Shown: positions 1-9,958, counted from the first letter of the stretch. The stretch: DNA of 64,000 nt from Candidatus Latescibacterota bacterium (GCA_965203175.1 OZ241867.1:4160001-4224000), one strand, 5' to 3'. Made by a program: numbers and translations. Notes: a model not told the origin generated them from the sequence alone.

Positions 1-426
1 GAAGCACCTGCGACGCGCATTAAGGGCGGCGATCAGGAGCCGCGTCTGCTGGTTTTCCGCAAGCTGTCCATCGGTGTGGAGCGTCTGCAAGACGAAGCCT
101 TGGCCCGAAGTGGGGACTTAGTGCAGCTCGCTTACCGCTCGGGTGGCTTGCAGTTCGGGGCGATCCTGTCCGTCGATGGGCGCGGTACTGTAACCCAACA
201 CCTGCCCGCGACTGGAGCAGAGGCCGTGCCGCTGGCGGCGCAAGATACTCTCGACGTTGCCTACGAACTGGACGACGCGCCGCGGTGGGAGCGGTTTTAC
301 TTGGTGGCGGCCGATCGTCGATTTGGCTTGGCAGCAGTCAAAACCAAGCTGGCCGCCGGCGATGTGGCGTTGGGGGATGACGTCCGCCTATTCCGATTTA
401 CTGTGAAGAAACCTAGGGAGCCCTAG
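1..426 (+). CDS. C-terminal part of ActD-like/DUF4384-like putative anti-sigma protein (5' end outside window)
   Basis: Frame 1 is open from base 1 (EAPATRIKGG...RLLVFRK...GDLVQLAY...GAILSVDGRG.VT.HLP...YELDDAPRWERF), resembling proteins encoded next to caspase-like genes in ECF sigma loci. Confidence 0.55.
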   Translation, partial: EAPATRIKGGDQEPRLLVFRKLSIGVERLQDEALARSGDLVQLAYRSGGLQFGAILSVDGRGTVTQHLPATGAEAVPLAAQDTLDVAYELDDAPRWERFYLVAADRRFGLAAVKTKLAAGDVALGDDVRLFRFTVKKPREP

Positions 427-541
427 CTCCGCCTAGGGCAATCACGAGGAGGAGGTTGGCAACCAACGACGAGGAGTGAGCGTCGTTGTGTTGTCGTTGT
501 AGAGGCGACCCTTGTGGTTGCCCTATTGTCTCTGAGGAGTT

Positions 542-2602
542 GTGCCCATGTCTTTGGTGCGCGTCCTGCTGATCGTTGTCGCTGCGGCGGGTCTGTCCCA
601 GCCGGTGGAGGCGGAAGTGCGCCGGCTGATACTGGCAGCGGGGGCCAACAATGGCGGGGTGGATCGCGAATTGCTGCGCTACGCGGTCTCGGACGCGGAA
701 CAATTCGTCGAGGTGTTGCAGGAGATGGGAGGCTTGGACCCAGCCGATGTGTTGCTGCTGCGCGATCCCGACTTGACGGCCTTCGAGCAGGGACTGGCCG
801 ATCTAGGCAGGCGGGTAAAGACAGCTAGCCGACGGGGGGACCGCTTAGAGGTGCTGCTGTATTACTCGGGCCACGCCGACGAAGAGGGCCTGCTGTTGGC
901 CGGCGATCACCTCGGCTATCAGCAATTGCTCGACTCACTGAAGACGGCCAACGCCGCCGTCCGCATCGCCGTCCTCGATGCCTGCAACTCCGGGAGCATA
1001 ACCCGCATCAAGGGTGGCAAGCCCAAGCCGCCCTTTTTGGTCGATGAGTCTTTTGACATGCGGGGGTACGCCTTTCTCACGTCGAGTTCGGCCGACGAGG
1101 CAGCCCAAGAGTCGGACCTGATCGAGGCGTCCTTTTTTACCCACTATCTAATTTCCGGGATGCGCGGCGCAGCCGACGTTACCGGCGATGGCCGGGTGAC
1201 TCTGCACGAGGCGTACCAGTTTGCATTCGACGAGACGCGGGCGCGGACTCTTGGGACAGTGGGAGGCACTCAGCATCCGGCCTATGAGGGCCAGATGCGC
1301 GGCACTGGCGGCGTGGTGATGACCGAGGTGCGCCGCAATGCCGCGGGTCTGTCGCTGGACGAGGCCCTCGCTGGTCGGGTCTCTATCCGCAATGGCCAGC
1401 AGCGCCTAGTCGCCGAACTGAACAAATCCCCTGGGCGGGAGGTCGAGTTGGGATTGGTGCCGGGGGATTATACCCTGTTTTTGGAAACGTGGGACGCGGA
1501 CTGGCGCTTGGCCGAATTGGTTTTGACCGAAGGAGAGTTCGCCAAGGTGAGTACCGGTGACTTTCGCGCCTTGACCCCGGAGGAGACTAAGCTGCGCGGC
1601 GGCTCGGGGCGGAAGATTACCTTGGGGCGTCAGATCGAGGTCGCCACCGGAGAGGGCTACACCTTGTCGCTGGGGCTGTTGACCAATACGCAGGACGAGG
1701 CGTTTCGCGGCGTCCAGTTCGCCTGGTTGGTCAACCAAGCGCGCGGGCGGACGGGCAGTCAGGTCGGCGGGTTGGGCAACTTGGCGCTCAGGGAGGTCGA
1801 TGGCTGGCAGGCATCCGTCGTAGGGGTCAACTGGGCGATGGGGCCGTTGCAGGGTGGACAGGTGGGCCTGCTCAACATTGCCTCGCAAGTGCGCGGTTGG
1901 CAGGTGGCGCAAACGACCAACATCGTCGGCAAAATTCGCGGTTGGCAAATAGCCGGGCTCACCAATTTCGTCGGCGAGGTCAAGGGTGGTCAGGTTGGAT
2001 TACTGAACGTGGCGAGCGAGGTCAGGGGGTGGCAGGTGGGCTTGGTCAATCTTTCCGGTCACATCGAAAGCGGCATACCCATCGGGTTGATCAACTACTC
2101 GCGCAGCGGGCTTTTCAATCTCAGCACTTGGCGCGACGAAATCGGCTTTACCATGTTCACCCTCGCCTCGGGCAGCCGCTCGTTTTACACTGCTTTTACT
2201 ACTGGCTTTACTGACAAGGATGGACAGCGGCGCTGGGCGGTGGGCGTGGGCGGTGGGGTGCAGAAGCGCGGGCAGCGATTCTTCCTCGGCCTCGATGTAC
2301 ACAGCTACCGGATCAGCCGCGACCTCGATGACGATTACAGTGCGGGCATTGGGTTTTGGCCGCCCGCAGTGGACTTTGGTCTAGATCGCTTGGCTAGGGA
2401 CAACTATCTGGCGCGGATCAAACTTGAGACGGGGGTCGCTTTGCACAACCATCTGGTGCTGTTTGGTGGCGTCTCCCTGAACCAGTTGTGGACCGATGGC
2501 CATCAGCGGCTGATTGAGTCGGGCAGTCGCTACGAAAAGGAGTTAAAAGATGGGATTTTCACGTGGCCTGGTTTTTTCTTTGGCTTGCGCTACGGGCGTT
2601 AG
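542..2602 (+). CDS. Exported caspase-like (peptidase C14/orthocaspase) protein with C-terminal GxQ(V/I)GLxN repeats and probable outer-membrane beta region
   Basis: Signal-peptide-like N-terminus; His-Cys dyad motifs YYSGHAD and LDACNSG; repeated GWQV/GGQVGLLN units; ends FFFGLRYGR. Confidence 0.8.
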   Translation: MPMSLVRVLLIVVAAAGLSQPVEAEVRRLILAAGANNGGVDRELLRYAVSDAEQFVEVLQEMGGLDPADVLLLRDPDLTAFEQGLADLGRRVKTASRRGDRLEVLLYYSGHADEEGLLLAGDHLGYQQLLDSLKTANAAVRIAVLDACNSGSITRIKGGKPKPPFLVDESFDMRGYAFLTSSSADEAAQESDLIEASFFTHYLISGMRGAADVTGDGRVTLHEAYQFAFDETRARTLGTVGGTQHPAYEGQMRGTGGVVMTEVRRNAAGLSLDEALAGRVSIRNGQQRLVAELNKSPGREVELGLVPGDYTLFLETWDADWRLAELVLTEGEFAKVSTGDFRALTPEETKLRGGSGRKITLGRQIEVATGEGYTLSLGLLTNTQDEAFRGVQFAWLVNQARGRTGSQVGGLGNLALREVDGWQASVVGVNWAMGPLQGGQVGLLNIASQVRGWQVAQTTNIVGKIRGWQIAGLTNFVGEVKGGQVGLLNVASEVRGWQVGLVNLSGHIESGIPIGLINYSRSGLFNLSTWRDEIGFTMFTLASGSRSFYTAFTTGFTDKDGQRRWAVGVGGGVQKRGQRFFLGLDVHSYRISRDLDDDYSAGIGFWPPAVDFGLDRLARDNYLARIKLETGVALHNHLVLFGGVSLNQLWTDGHQRLIESGSRYEKELKDGIFTWPGFFFGLRYGR

Positions 2603-2608
2603 ACAGTC

Positions 2609-4156
2609 CTAGCCGTAGCGGACTAATACCTCGACATCGGTTAGTATCAAGTCGCAAGCAAGTTGGGGATGGCGTTGCAAGAGAACGACTTCTAGGCGAT
2701 GGAGGCCACGGGCGGCTTGGTCGGCTGTGAGCGCGAAGCTGTGCCAGGCGGCGGCGCTGACATCGGAGATGGGTTGGGGGTCGCCGCCGTGGCAATAGCT
2801 GATATCCGGATCGGCCAAGACCTCGCCGTCCCAGCAGCAGCGAACCTCGTCGCCAGCGACCCAATCTTGCAGACGCAGACGCAGGGTAATGGTCGCCGGT
2901 GGGTCTGCGCTCAAGTCGTCGGCGAGGTCGAGGTCGAAGTGCGGGCCGGTCTCTCGCATGGTTGGGTAGAGGGGGACGGGTAGGGTGCCGCGCAACCGGT
3001 CGTGCTGGTACGCGCCGCGCCACTCCCCGCTATGCTGGCGGAAGCGGTGGGTCGCGTTGTAGAGCTTGTCCTGGCGGCGCAGAGTCTGTACCGCGCCCAC
3101 TTGGGTTAGCAACTCGCGCTTTGAATCGCGGTCGGCGTGCCAGTTGAACGCGTATATGCCGGTCGCGCCTTGGCCGTGATACTGCATGGCCGTGGCTTTG
3201 GTGCGCATGTTGTGGCGGGCCGATTCGCCTTCGGGACCGGCTGCCGGGCCGGGGACACCGCCGTCAAAACCTGGATAAAGGGCGATGTCGTGGTCGGCGC
3301 AGAGGGCGCGGAAGGCGCTGACTTCAATGGCTGGATCGGTAGCGGCGGCACCGGCCGGAATCAGGATATCGACGAGGTTTTCTTTTACCCACGTTTCCAC
3401 GTCGTAGCCAATGCGGTGGCAGCCCTCGATGGAGCCGGCGACGCGAGCTGCTAGGTAGAAGGGTCGGCCGTGCTCTTGGGCTAGTTCGTCGGTCATCTGC
3501 CGCGCCGCCCGCATGAAGTCGGTGAGGACGTAGCGCAGGCGATAGGCATAGTCGGCGGGGAAGTGGAAGGGATGGCGTTGCCAGTCGAGTTCGACGCCGT
3601 CCCAGGGGTAGTTTTGGCAAACTTCGCGCAAGTGTTGGAAGCGATTTTCGCGCACTTGGGAGATGGCCATATTCCACGACAGGGCAAACCACTCCTCGGT
3701 ATCCTCGCCGAGGAGCCATTCGGGGTGGTCCTTGCGCAGTTGGGTCAGTTCGACGTGGTGCAGGGTCTGGAGGTCGCTTAGCTGAGCGCCGTTGAAGTGA
3801 TTGTCGTTCATGCGCAGCGAGGCATAGACGTGGAGGTTTAACTCGTGGCCGCGGTCGATGACGGCCTGTTGGGGATCTTCGCCTCGATCCAACATGCGGC
3901 GGATGTTTTCAGTGTGCGTGTAGTTAGCAGCGTTCTCGTAGCGGCGCTGATGAGTGTCGCCGAGGAGTTCGAGCGCGTCGCTTGGCCAGCGGGTGGCGTG
4001 TTCGCCCACGCACCAGAACAGGGCACCGACTTGGGTGTCTTCGAGGGGACCATACGTCTTGTCGAGAAAGGCGTCCATGGATTGGGGAACGGGCGAGTAG
4101 CCGTGCGGCGCGCCGTCCCAGTTGTAGATGATGCCGTAGTCAGGGGGATGGGACAT
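2609..4156 (-). CDS. Glycoside hydrolase-like TIM-barrel protein (GHL10/DUF187-like)
   Basis: IIYNWDG, SLRMND, HPEW, WDGVELDWQR, GYDVETW motifs; 515 aa. Confidence 0.6.
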   Translation of the reverse strand: MSHPPDYGIIYNWDGAPHGYSPVPQSMDAFLDKTYGPLEDTQVGALFWCVGEHATRWPSDALELLGDTHQRRYENAANYTHTENIRRMLDRGEDPQQAVIDRGHELNLHVYASLRMNDNHFNGAQLSDLQTLHHVELTQLRKDHPEWLLGEDTEEWFALSWNMAISQVRENRFQHLREVCQNYPWDGVELDWQRHPFHFPADYAYRLRYVLTDFMRAARQMTDELAQEHGRPFYLAARVAGSIEGCHRIGYDVETWVKENLVDILIPAGAAATDPAIEVSAFRALCADHDIALYPGFDGGVPGPAAGPEGESARHNMRTKATAMQYHGQGATGIYAFNWHADRDSKRELLTQVGAVQTLRRQDKLYNATHRFRQHSGEWRGAYQHDRLRGTLPVPLYPTMRETGPHFDLDLADDLSADPPATITLRLRLQDWVAGDEVRCCWDGEVLADPDISYCHGGDPQPISDVSAAAWHSFALTADQAARGLHRLEVVLLQRHPQLACDLILTDVEVLVRYG

Positions 4157-4223
4157 AAGTCTGCTCCTTTGCGAATTGGGCCCAAAGTACGGAGATTGTC
4201 AGAGGCGGGCAATGGAGGCCAGT

Positions 4224-4439
4224 ATGGCGAGAAAGTGGATGCTCTGCATGGCGTTGGTCGGTTGCGGGTTGAGCGATCCCCAAGGGCCGGCCGATTTGCC
4301 CAAGGATCCGTGGAAGCGCACCGAGGAACAGCGGCTGGAAGCGCTTGAGGAAAATTGTAGTGGTCCGTCCTGGGAGCGCGGGTGGCTCTGTCCGCGTGGC
4401 GCAGTCGATGTCGATACAACCAAATCTCAAGGTGGGTAA
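4224..4439 (+). CDS. Small putative lipoprotein (71 aa)
   Basis: GGAGG RBS before ATG 4224; MARKWMLCMALVGC lipobox-like; 12 nt upstream of next gene. Confidence 0.5.
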   Translation: MARKWMLCMALVGCGLSDPQGPADLPKDPWKRTEEQRLEALEENCSGPSWERGWLCPRGAVDVDTTKSQGG

Positions 4440-4451
4440 AGGAGTACTAGG

Positions 4452-5603
4452 ATGGAAGACATACTGCAGGCCGTCGATGAGCAGCGCCTAATTGATACGG
4501 CTAAGAAGCTGATTGCGGTGCCCAGCCCGACGCTGGATGCTGGCGCGGTAGCTGATGCGTTGGCGGCCATATTGGCTGAGGAAGGGTTTGCCGTGGAGCG
4601 CCCCCAAGCCGATTGGCCGCAAGCACCGGCCGTGGTGGCTCGCTTCGACAGCGGCCAACCCGGGCGGGTGTTGCAATTCGATGGGCACTTGGATACGGTG
4701 CATCTGCCCTTTGTGCCGCCCAAGGTGGAGAACGGCCAGCTCTATGGGTCGGGTTCGTCCGACATGAAGGGAGGAATCGCCGCCTTCGTCGAGGCCGTCA
4801 GGGCGTTGAGGGATACGGGCGCACTGACCAAGGGGGCGGTCTTGCTTACGGCCCACGACCATCACGAAGCGCCCTGGGGCGACCGCCGCCAGCTTTTGGC
4901 CTTGATCCGCGAAGGTTTTGTCGGCGATGGGGTGCTGCTGCCGGAGTATCTGGGTGATGCGTTGCCAGTCGCCGGGCGCGGGATGGCCGTGTTTAGCGTG
5001 GAGGTCGAGCGCGATGGCGCGCCGGTACACGAGGTGCTGAGTCCCGCCGGGCTGCCGGACGTGATCGCCGCGGGGGCCGAGGTGGTTTTGCGGCTAAACG
5101 CCCTAAACGAGCATCTGCGTGAGCGAACCGCCCCCCATGTCGGCAGCGACACGCTATTTATCGGCCGGCTCGAAGGCGGTCAGATCTACAATCAGGTGCC
5201 GGTCCAGTGCCGCGTCGAGGGGACGCGCCGCTGGGTAGCGGCTGGCTCGGAGCCAACCGCACGCCGCGAAATTGAGGACCTGCTCGCCGACGTAGCTGCG
5301 GCAAGCGGCACCCGCATCCGGCTCGCGGATTGGAACATGCCCGGCGATGCCTTTGCGGTAGATCAAAGCAGCCCGCTGGTGGGTGCGTTTCAGGCCGCGC
5401 ACGAGCAGGTGACCGGGGCACCGCTGCCCTTGGGAGGCAAACCTTTTATCGACGACGGCAATGTCTTTATGGCTGCCGGGATTGAGGCCCTAACCCACGG
5501 TCCTTGCGCCACGGGAGCACACACGACCGACGAGCAGGTACCGGTGGCCGAGTTGGTGCGGGTGGCGAAGGTGTATGCGCTGACGGCGCAGGCGTTTTGC
5601 TAA
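4452..5603 (+). CDS. M20/ArgE-DapE family metallopeptidase/deacylase
   Basis: GHLDTV, YGSGSSDMKGG, C-terminal AHTTDE. Confidence 0.85.
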   Translation: MEDILQAVDEQRLIDTAKKLIAVPSPTLDAGAVADALAAILAEEGFAVERPQADWPQAPAVVARFDSGQPGRVLQFDGHLDTVHLPFVPPKVENGQLYGSGSSDMKGGIAAFVEAVRALRDTGALTKGAVLLTAHDHHEAPWGDRRQLLALIREGFVGDGVLLPEYLGDALPVAGRGMAVFSVEVERDGAPVHEVLSPAGLPDVIAAGAEVVLRLNALNEHLRERTAPHVGSDTLFIGRLEGGQIYNQVPVQCRVEGTRRWVAAGSEPTARREIEDLLADVAAASGTRIRLADWNMPGDAFAVDQSSPLVGAFQAAHEQVTGAPLPLGGKPFIDDGNVFMAAGIEALTHGPCATGAHTTDEQVPVAELVRVAKVYALTAQAFC

Positions 5604-6889
5604 GCGGTCTCAAGGGCGCGCGCTGCGGCCGTGCCTCGCTCCTCATCGACGAAGTAGAGGCAGATTCCGCCCGCGACGAAGAGGACGACGATCGACAAAA
5701 TCCCCACGCGCGGGCTGCCGGTCAGCACTCCAATCCAGCCCACGAGCACTGGACCGATGACCGCGGCGAATTTGCCTAGCATGTTGTAAAAGCCGAAAAA
5801 CTCCGCCGCGCGGTCGCGGGGAATGAGCCTTGAGTAGAGCGAGCGGCTCAGGGCTTGCACTCCGCCTTGGACTAGGCCGACGGCCACGGCTAAGGCATAA
5901 AATTCCCAGACGGCATCTAAGAAGTAGCCCCAGACCGTCGCCGCAATATAGACGGCTAGGCCGATGAATATCCCCTTGCGGGTGCCAATCCGCTCGCCGA
6001 GCCAGCCAAAGGCAATGGCCGCGGGGAAGCCCACGAACTGAGTGATGCCCAAGGCGATGAGCAAGTCGTTGGTGTCAAAGCCGAGGGACAAGCCGTAGTC
6101 GATGGCCATCCGGACGATGGTATCGACGCCGTCGATGTACAGCCAGTAGCCGATGAGAAAGACAAAGGTCGTGCGTAGCTGCCGAATGTCGCGGCCGGTC
6201 GAGATGAGCTGTCGATAGCCGGCCGAGACTGCGCTCCAGCCGCGGCGGGCACACACTGGAGGCGATTCCTCGACCCACAAAAAGAGCGGTAGCGAAAAGC
6301 CAGCCCACCAGATGGCGACTAGCAAAAAGCACACGCGCACCGCCTCGCTGGCATCGGCCAACCCGAAGGTCGTGGGATGGAGAACCATCACCACATTGAC
6401 CGCAAATAGCAAGCCGCCGCCCAGATAGCCGAGGCTGTATCCGAGCGCCGAGACCGAGTCGGACTTGTCGCGCTCGGCTACTTCTACGAGGAGTGCATCG
6501 TAAAAGGTATTGCCACCGGAGAAGCCGATGGCGGCCAAGACATAGACCACAACTGCCAGTTCCCACGCGCCTTGGGCGACCATGTAGAGGCACCCCGTGG
6601 CGAGGATGCCCAAGAAGGCAAAGGCAAACAGGAACTTGCGCCGGGTGCCGCCTTGGTCGGCAATAGCTCCTAAGAAGGGAGCTAGCAGCACGACGATCAG
6701 GCTGCTGAGCGAGTTGGCTAGCCCCAGTTGGAAGGTGCTCTCGGTGACATCGCTGCCGGCGCTCCAGTAGGATTTAAAAAATACCGGGAAGAAGGCGGCG
6801 ATGACCGTGGTGGCAAAGGCCGAGTTGGCCCAGTCGTACAAAGCCCAGGCGATGATCGGTTTTTTGGCGTTGGTCGGCATGGTCGGCAT
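5600..6889 (-). CDS. MFS transporter (UMF1/Atg22-like)
   Basis: WALYDWANSAF N-terminal motif, ~12 hydrophobic segments, SRSLYSRLIP...EFFGFY; true start probably 6889 or 6880 rather than 7045. Confidence 0.85.
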   Translation of the reverse strand: MPTMPTNAKKPIIAWALYDWANSAFATTVIAAFFPVFFKSYWSAGSDVTESTFQLGLANSLSSLIVVLLAPFLGAIADQGGTRRKFLFAFAFLGILATGCLYMVAQGAWELAVVVYVLAAIGFSGGNTFYDALLVEVAERDKSDSVSALGYSLGYLGGGLLFAVNVVMVLHPTTFGLADASEAVRVCFLLVAIWWAGFSLPLFLWVEESPPVCARRGWSAVSAGYRQLISTGRDIRQLRTTFVFLIGYWLYIDGVDTIVRMAIDYGLSLGFDTNDLLIALGITQFVGFPAAIAFGWLGERIGTRKGIFIGLAVYIAATVWGYFLDAVWEFYALAVAVGLVQGGVQALSRSLYSRLIPRDRAAEFFGFYNMLGKFAAVIGPVLVGWIGVLTGSPRVGILSIVVLFVAGGICLYFVDEERGTAAARALETA

Positions 6890-7024
6890 GGTATTGGTTG
6901 ACGCAGGGGGCACCCTTGGTTGGAGGTCGCCGTACCGATAACAGTATAAGGCAAAAAGGGTGCGGTTGCCGCCTACATCCTTTATGGCTAGCGTAGGGAG
7001 GTCTTTATAAAGGACGATTCCTAT

Positions 7025-8071
7025 ATGAACGATGAAACGTTCCACTCACTTGCTGTCGCAGAATGGCTGCGTTTTGACGCGGCTACTAATCCGTATGGGC
7101 CGTCGCCCCGGGTCCGGGAGGCAATGGCCGCTTTTGCCCGCACGGGTGATTTTAGTCGCTACAGCGACGAGGAACGCGCCGAGTCGTTGCGCGAAGACTT
7201 GGCGGCGCATTGGGGGCTTTCACCCGATCACTTCATCGTATACAACGGGTCTGGGGAGGCCGTGGTCTGGCTTTTCTTGGCGCGGTTGCTGCTAGAGCAG
7301 CAGCGCTTGCTCATTCCGTCTCCGTCGTACGAGCGCTTTGTGGCGTTGGGACAACGGTGTGCTGCTGAAGTGATCTCGGTGCCGCTGCACGAGGAAAATT
7401 TTGCGCTGGTGCCCGAGCGCTTTATCGAGGCGGGCCAGCAGTCGGGAGCGCGGGTGTTGCTGATGAGCAGCCCCAACAACCCCACGGGCAATCTCCTTTG
7501 CGGCGACGCGGAAATGACGCGCTTGCTCGACGAGTTGCCCAACTGCCTGTGCATTGTCGATGAAGCGTATGCAGACTATGCCGGCCATAGCCGCGTGCCT
7601 TGGGTACAAGAGCGGGAAAATTTGGTGGTGCTGCGGACCTTTTCCAAAGCATACGGCATGGCTGGTTTGCGGGTCGGCTACGCGGTTGGTCCTAAGCCCG
7701 TTATCGCCGCCCTCGATCAGATGCAGGTTCCCTGGGCAGTCAATGCGCTGTCGCTGGTGGCGGCACAGGCGGCGCTGGCCGACCAAGGCTATTTGCAGGA
7801 GGTCGTCGCGCAGGTCCGCGGCGATTGTCAGGCGCTCTACGAGGGGCTGAACGAGCGGCCGTGGTTGCGAGCCTATCCGAGCGCGGCGAATTTCTTTTGG
7901 GTGCGCTGTGAGGGAATCGGCTCGGAGCGGCTGCGGACGGGTTTGGAAAAGTGGCGAATCCGCGCCCGCTGGCGCCAAGACGCGCCCGGCTTTGTGCGGC
8001 TGACGTCGCTGCGCCCCCAAGACAACGAGTATTTGTTGGCAGCGCTCGATGAGGTCGGGCAATTAGATTAA
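7025..8071 (+). CDS. hisC: Histidinol-phosphate aminotransferase-like PLP enzyme
   Basis: NPYGPSP, SSPNNPTG, VDEAY, RTFSKAYGMAGLRVGY (may be a paralogue). Confidence 0.7.
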   Translation: MNDETFHSLAVAEWLRFDAATNPYGPSPRVREAMAAFARTGDFSRYSDEERAESLREDLAAHWGLSPDHFIVYNGSGEAVVWLFLARLLLEQQRLLIPSPSYERFVALGQRCAAEVISVPLHEENFALVPERFIEAGQQSGARVLLMSSPNNPTGNLLCGDAEMTRLLDELPNCLCIVDEAYADYAGHSRVPWVQERENLVVLRTFSKAYGMAGLRVGYAVGPKPVIAALDQMQVPWAVNALSLVAAQAALADQGYLQEVVAQVRGDCQALYEGLNERPWLRAYPSAANFFWVRCEGIGSERLRTGLEKWRIRARWRQDAPGFVRLTSLRPQDNEYLLAALDEVGQLD

Positions 8072-8086
8072 CACAAGAGGAGGGGT

Positions 8087-9067
8087 ATGGAATACCGCAA
8101 TTTGGGCAAAGCTGGCATCAAGGTGTCCAAGGTGTGTTTGGGCACGGCTTTTCGCGGCGAAGAGGACGAGGGGGCCTGTATTGGGGTGGTGCAGCGGGCC
8201 TTGGACCTAGGCTGCAATTTTATCGATACGGCGCTGTATGGTGGGGGACGCTCTGAACAAGTAGTGGGCAAGGCCATTAAGGGACGGCGCGAGGAAGTGG
8301 TACTGACGACCAAGATTTTCGGCACCTTAGGCAATAGTCCCAATCACGTGGGGTTGTCGCGGGTCAATTTGCTGCGGGGCATTGAGGCGTCGCTGCAGCG
8401 GTTACAGACCGATTACGTCGATCTGTACTTGCTGCACTCCTTTGATCCGGTCACGCCGCTGGAGGAGACCTTGGGTGCGCTCGACGACATTGTGCGGCAG
8501 GGCAAGGCGCGCTACGTGGGATGCTCTAATTTCCCGCCGTGGAAGATCGTCGAGGCCCTGTGGATTTCGCAGCGCGAGCACTTGGCCACTTTTGCCTGTA
8601 TCCAGAATCAGTACAACCTGCTCAACCGCTGGGAGATGGAGCCGGAGCTGATGCCCATCTGCCGTCAGTTCGGCTTGGGCATTATGACCTACAGTCCGTT
8701 GGCTATCGGCCTGCTCTCCGGCCATTTCCGCCGTGGGCAAGAGCCGCCGCCGGGGACGCCGTGGAGTACGGACGAGCTGCGCGGCATGAGTCCGGGCAAA
8801 TACAATTTTGCCGAGGCCATGACCGAGCGGGTCGATACCATCGTCCAGGCGCTAATCGATATTGGGGCGCAGCACGGCAAGACCCCGGCGCAGGTAGCCA
8901 TTGCTTGGATTTTGGATCACGATGAGATCAGCGCTCCCATTTTGGGGGCTGACGAGCCAGCGCAGGTGGATGAGATCTGCGCCGGCTTGGACTGGTCCTT
9001 GGCACCAGAAGAGCGGGCTTTGTTGGACGAGGTCTCTGAGGTGAAAGGGCCGCAGAAATACGCGTGA
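8087..9067 (+). CDS. Aldo/keto reductase
   Basis: MEYRNLGK..VSKVCLGT, FIDTALY, SLQRLQTDYVDLYLLH, YSPLA.GLL. Confidence 0.9.
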   Translation: MEYRNLGKAGIKVSKVCLGTAFRGEEDEGACIGVVQRALDLGCNFIDTALYGGGRSEQVVGKAIKGRREEVVLTTKIFGTLGNSPNHVGLSRVNLLRGIEASLQRLQTDYVDLYLLHSFDPVTPLEETLGALDDIVRQGKARYVGCSNFPPWKIVEALWISQREHLATFACIQNQYNLLNRWEMEPELMPICRQFGLGIMTYSPLAIGLLSGHFRRGQEPPPGTPWSTDELRGMSPGKYNFAEAMTERVDTIVQALIDIGAQHGKTPAQVAIAWILDHDEISAPILGADEPAQVDEICAGLDWSLAPEERALLDEVSEVKGPQKYA

Positions 9068-9080
9068 AGGAGATGCATCC

Positions 9081-9179
9081 ATGAACAGACGCAGACTCCC
9101 CACCGGCATCCAGACCTTCCGCGAGGTCCGCTTTAATCGTATGAATAAGCATGATGCGGCTCCTGTGTGTAGGGTTTAG
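9081..9179 (+). pseudogene. 5' remnant of an AAA-ATPase-like (PD-(D/E)XK-associated) gene, cut off at the island edge
   Basis: AAGGAG RBS then MNRRRLPTGIQTFREVR, the typical N-terminus (R.LP.GIQTF.EIR) of this family; followed by unrelated codons and TAG at 9177-9179. Confidence 0.65.
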
Positions 9180-9265
9180 ATGCAATCTGCGGCGATTACG
9201 AATAGATCTAAAGCAGGGCTGCACCACGACTTAGCTTACTGTTGTGTGATTAGCAGGAGAAGTAT

Positions 9266-9772
9266 ATGGCTCTAATCGAGAATCTGGAACATGAAGGCTG
9301 GGAAGAATTTCTTCGGGATAGTTTCCGGTATGCACTCGAGGTCTTGAAGAATGATCGCTTTAGACCTGTCGGTAGTTCTGTGGACGATCTAAAAAGTTGG
9401 CTTACTGCGGGTGGAGTCGCCCGAGTCCGCACACATCTCAACAAGCAGATGGAAATGCGCCGTTTTCCCTCATCCCGAAAATCGGCAGTCAACGACTGCA
9501 TTGAGCAGTTGGTGCGAGAGAACCGGGGTGCGCTTCTGGACTTGATGGCCGATGGTATTGTCCCTACTACAAGGCAGGAGCAGTTCGAGATCTACGGCCT
9601 GCCAGAACAGGACTTCCAAGATATTCTCAGCCGTATAGTAGCAGGTGAACGCCCCTTTGAAGAATGGATGCATGCACATGGACATTCTGACGAAGAGATA
9701 GAGGAGATCTATAGGATGGTTGACCAATGGTTGATGCAGAAGGGGATCATTCCCCAGAGGTCAGGAGAGTAA
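9266..9772 (+). CDS. Hypothetical acidic helical protein (168 aa)
   Basis: AGGAG RBS and ATG, protein-like composition; no recognised motif. Confidence 0.7.
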   Translation: MALIENLEHEGWEEFLRDSFRYALEVLKNDRFRPVGSSVDDLKSWLTAGGVARVRTHLNKQMEMRRFPSSRKSAVNDCIEQLVRENRGALLDLMADGIVPTTRQEQFEIYGLPEQDFQDILSRIVAGERPFEEWMHAHGHSDEEIEEIYRMVDQWLMQKGIIPQRSGE

Positions 9773-9958
9773 AATTTGGTGTATGATCTGTGTGAGTTGG
9801 TCTAAAACAGGCTTTGGGCTTGTGAGAACACCCATGTGCCTCTGCTTTCCCATACTGACCTTCGAACCTACGGAACCCTGATCGACTAGGAGACCGGAAT
9901 ATGGATGCGCTGCTCTCGTGTCAGGACTTCGTTGGGTAGATCCTAGTTCACGCTATCC

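Noticed and set aside
6872-6889. 9-bp tandem duplication (MPTMPT) at the MFS start
   Set aside because: Only two copies, in frame, with no sign of phase variation.
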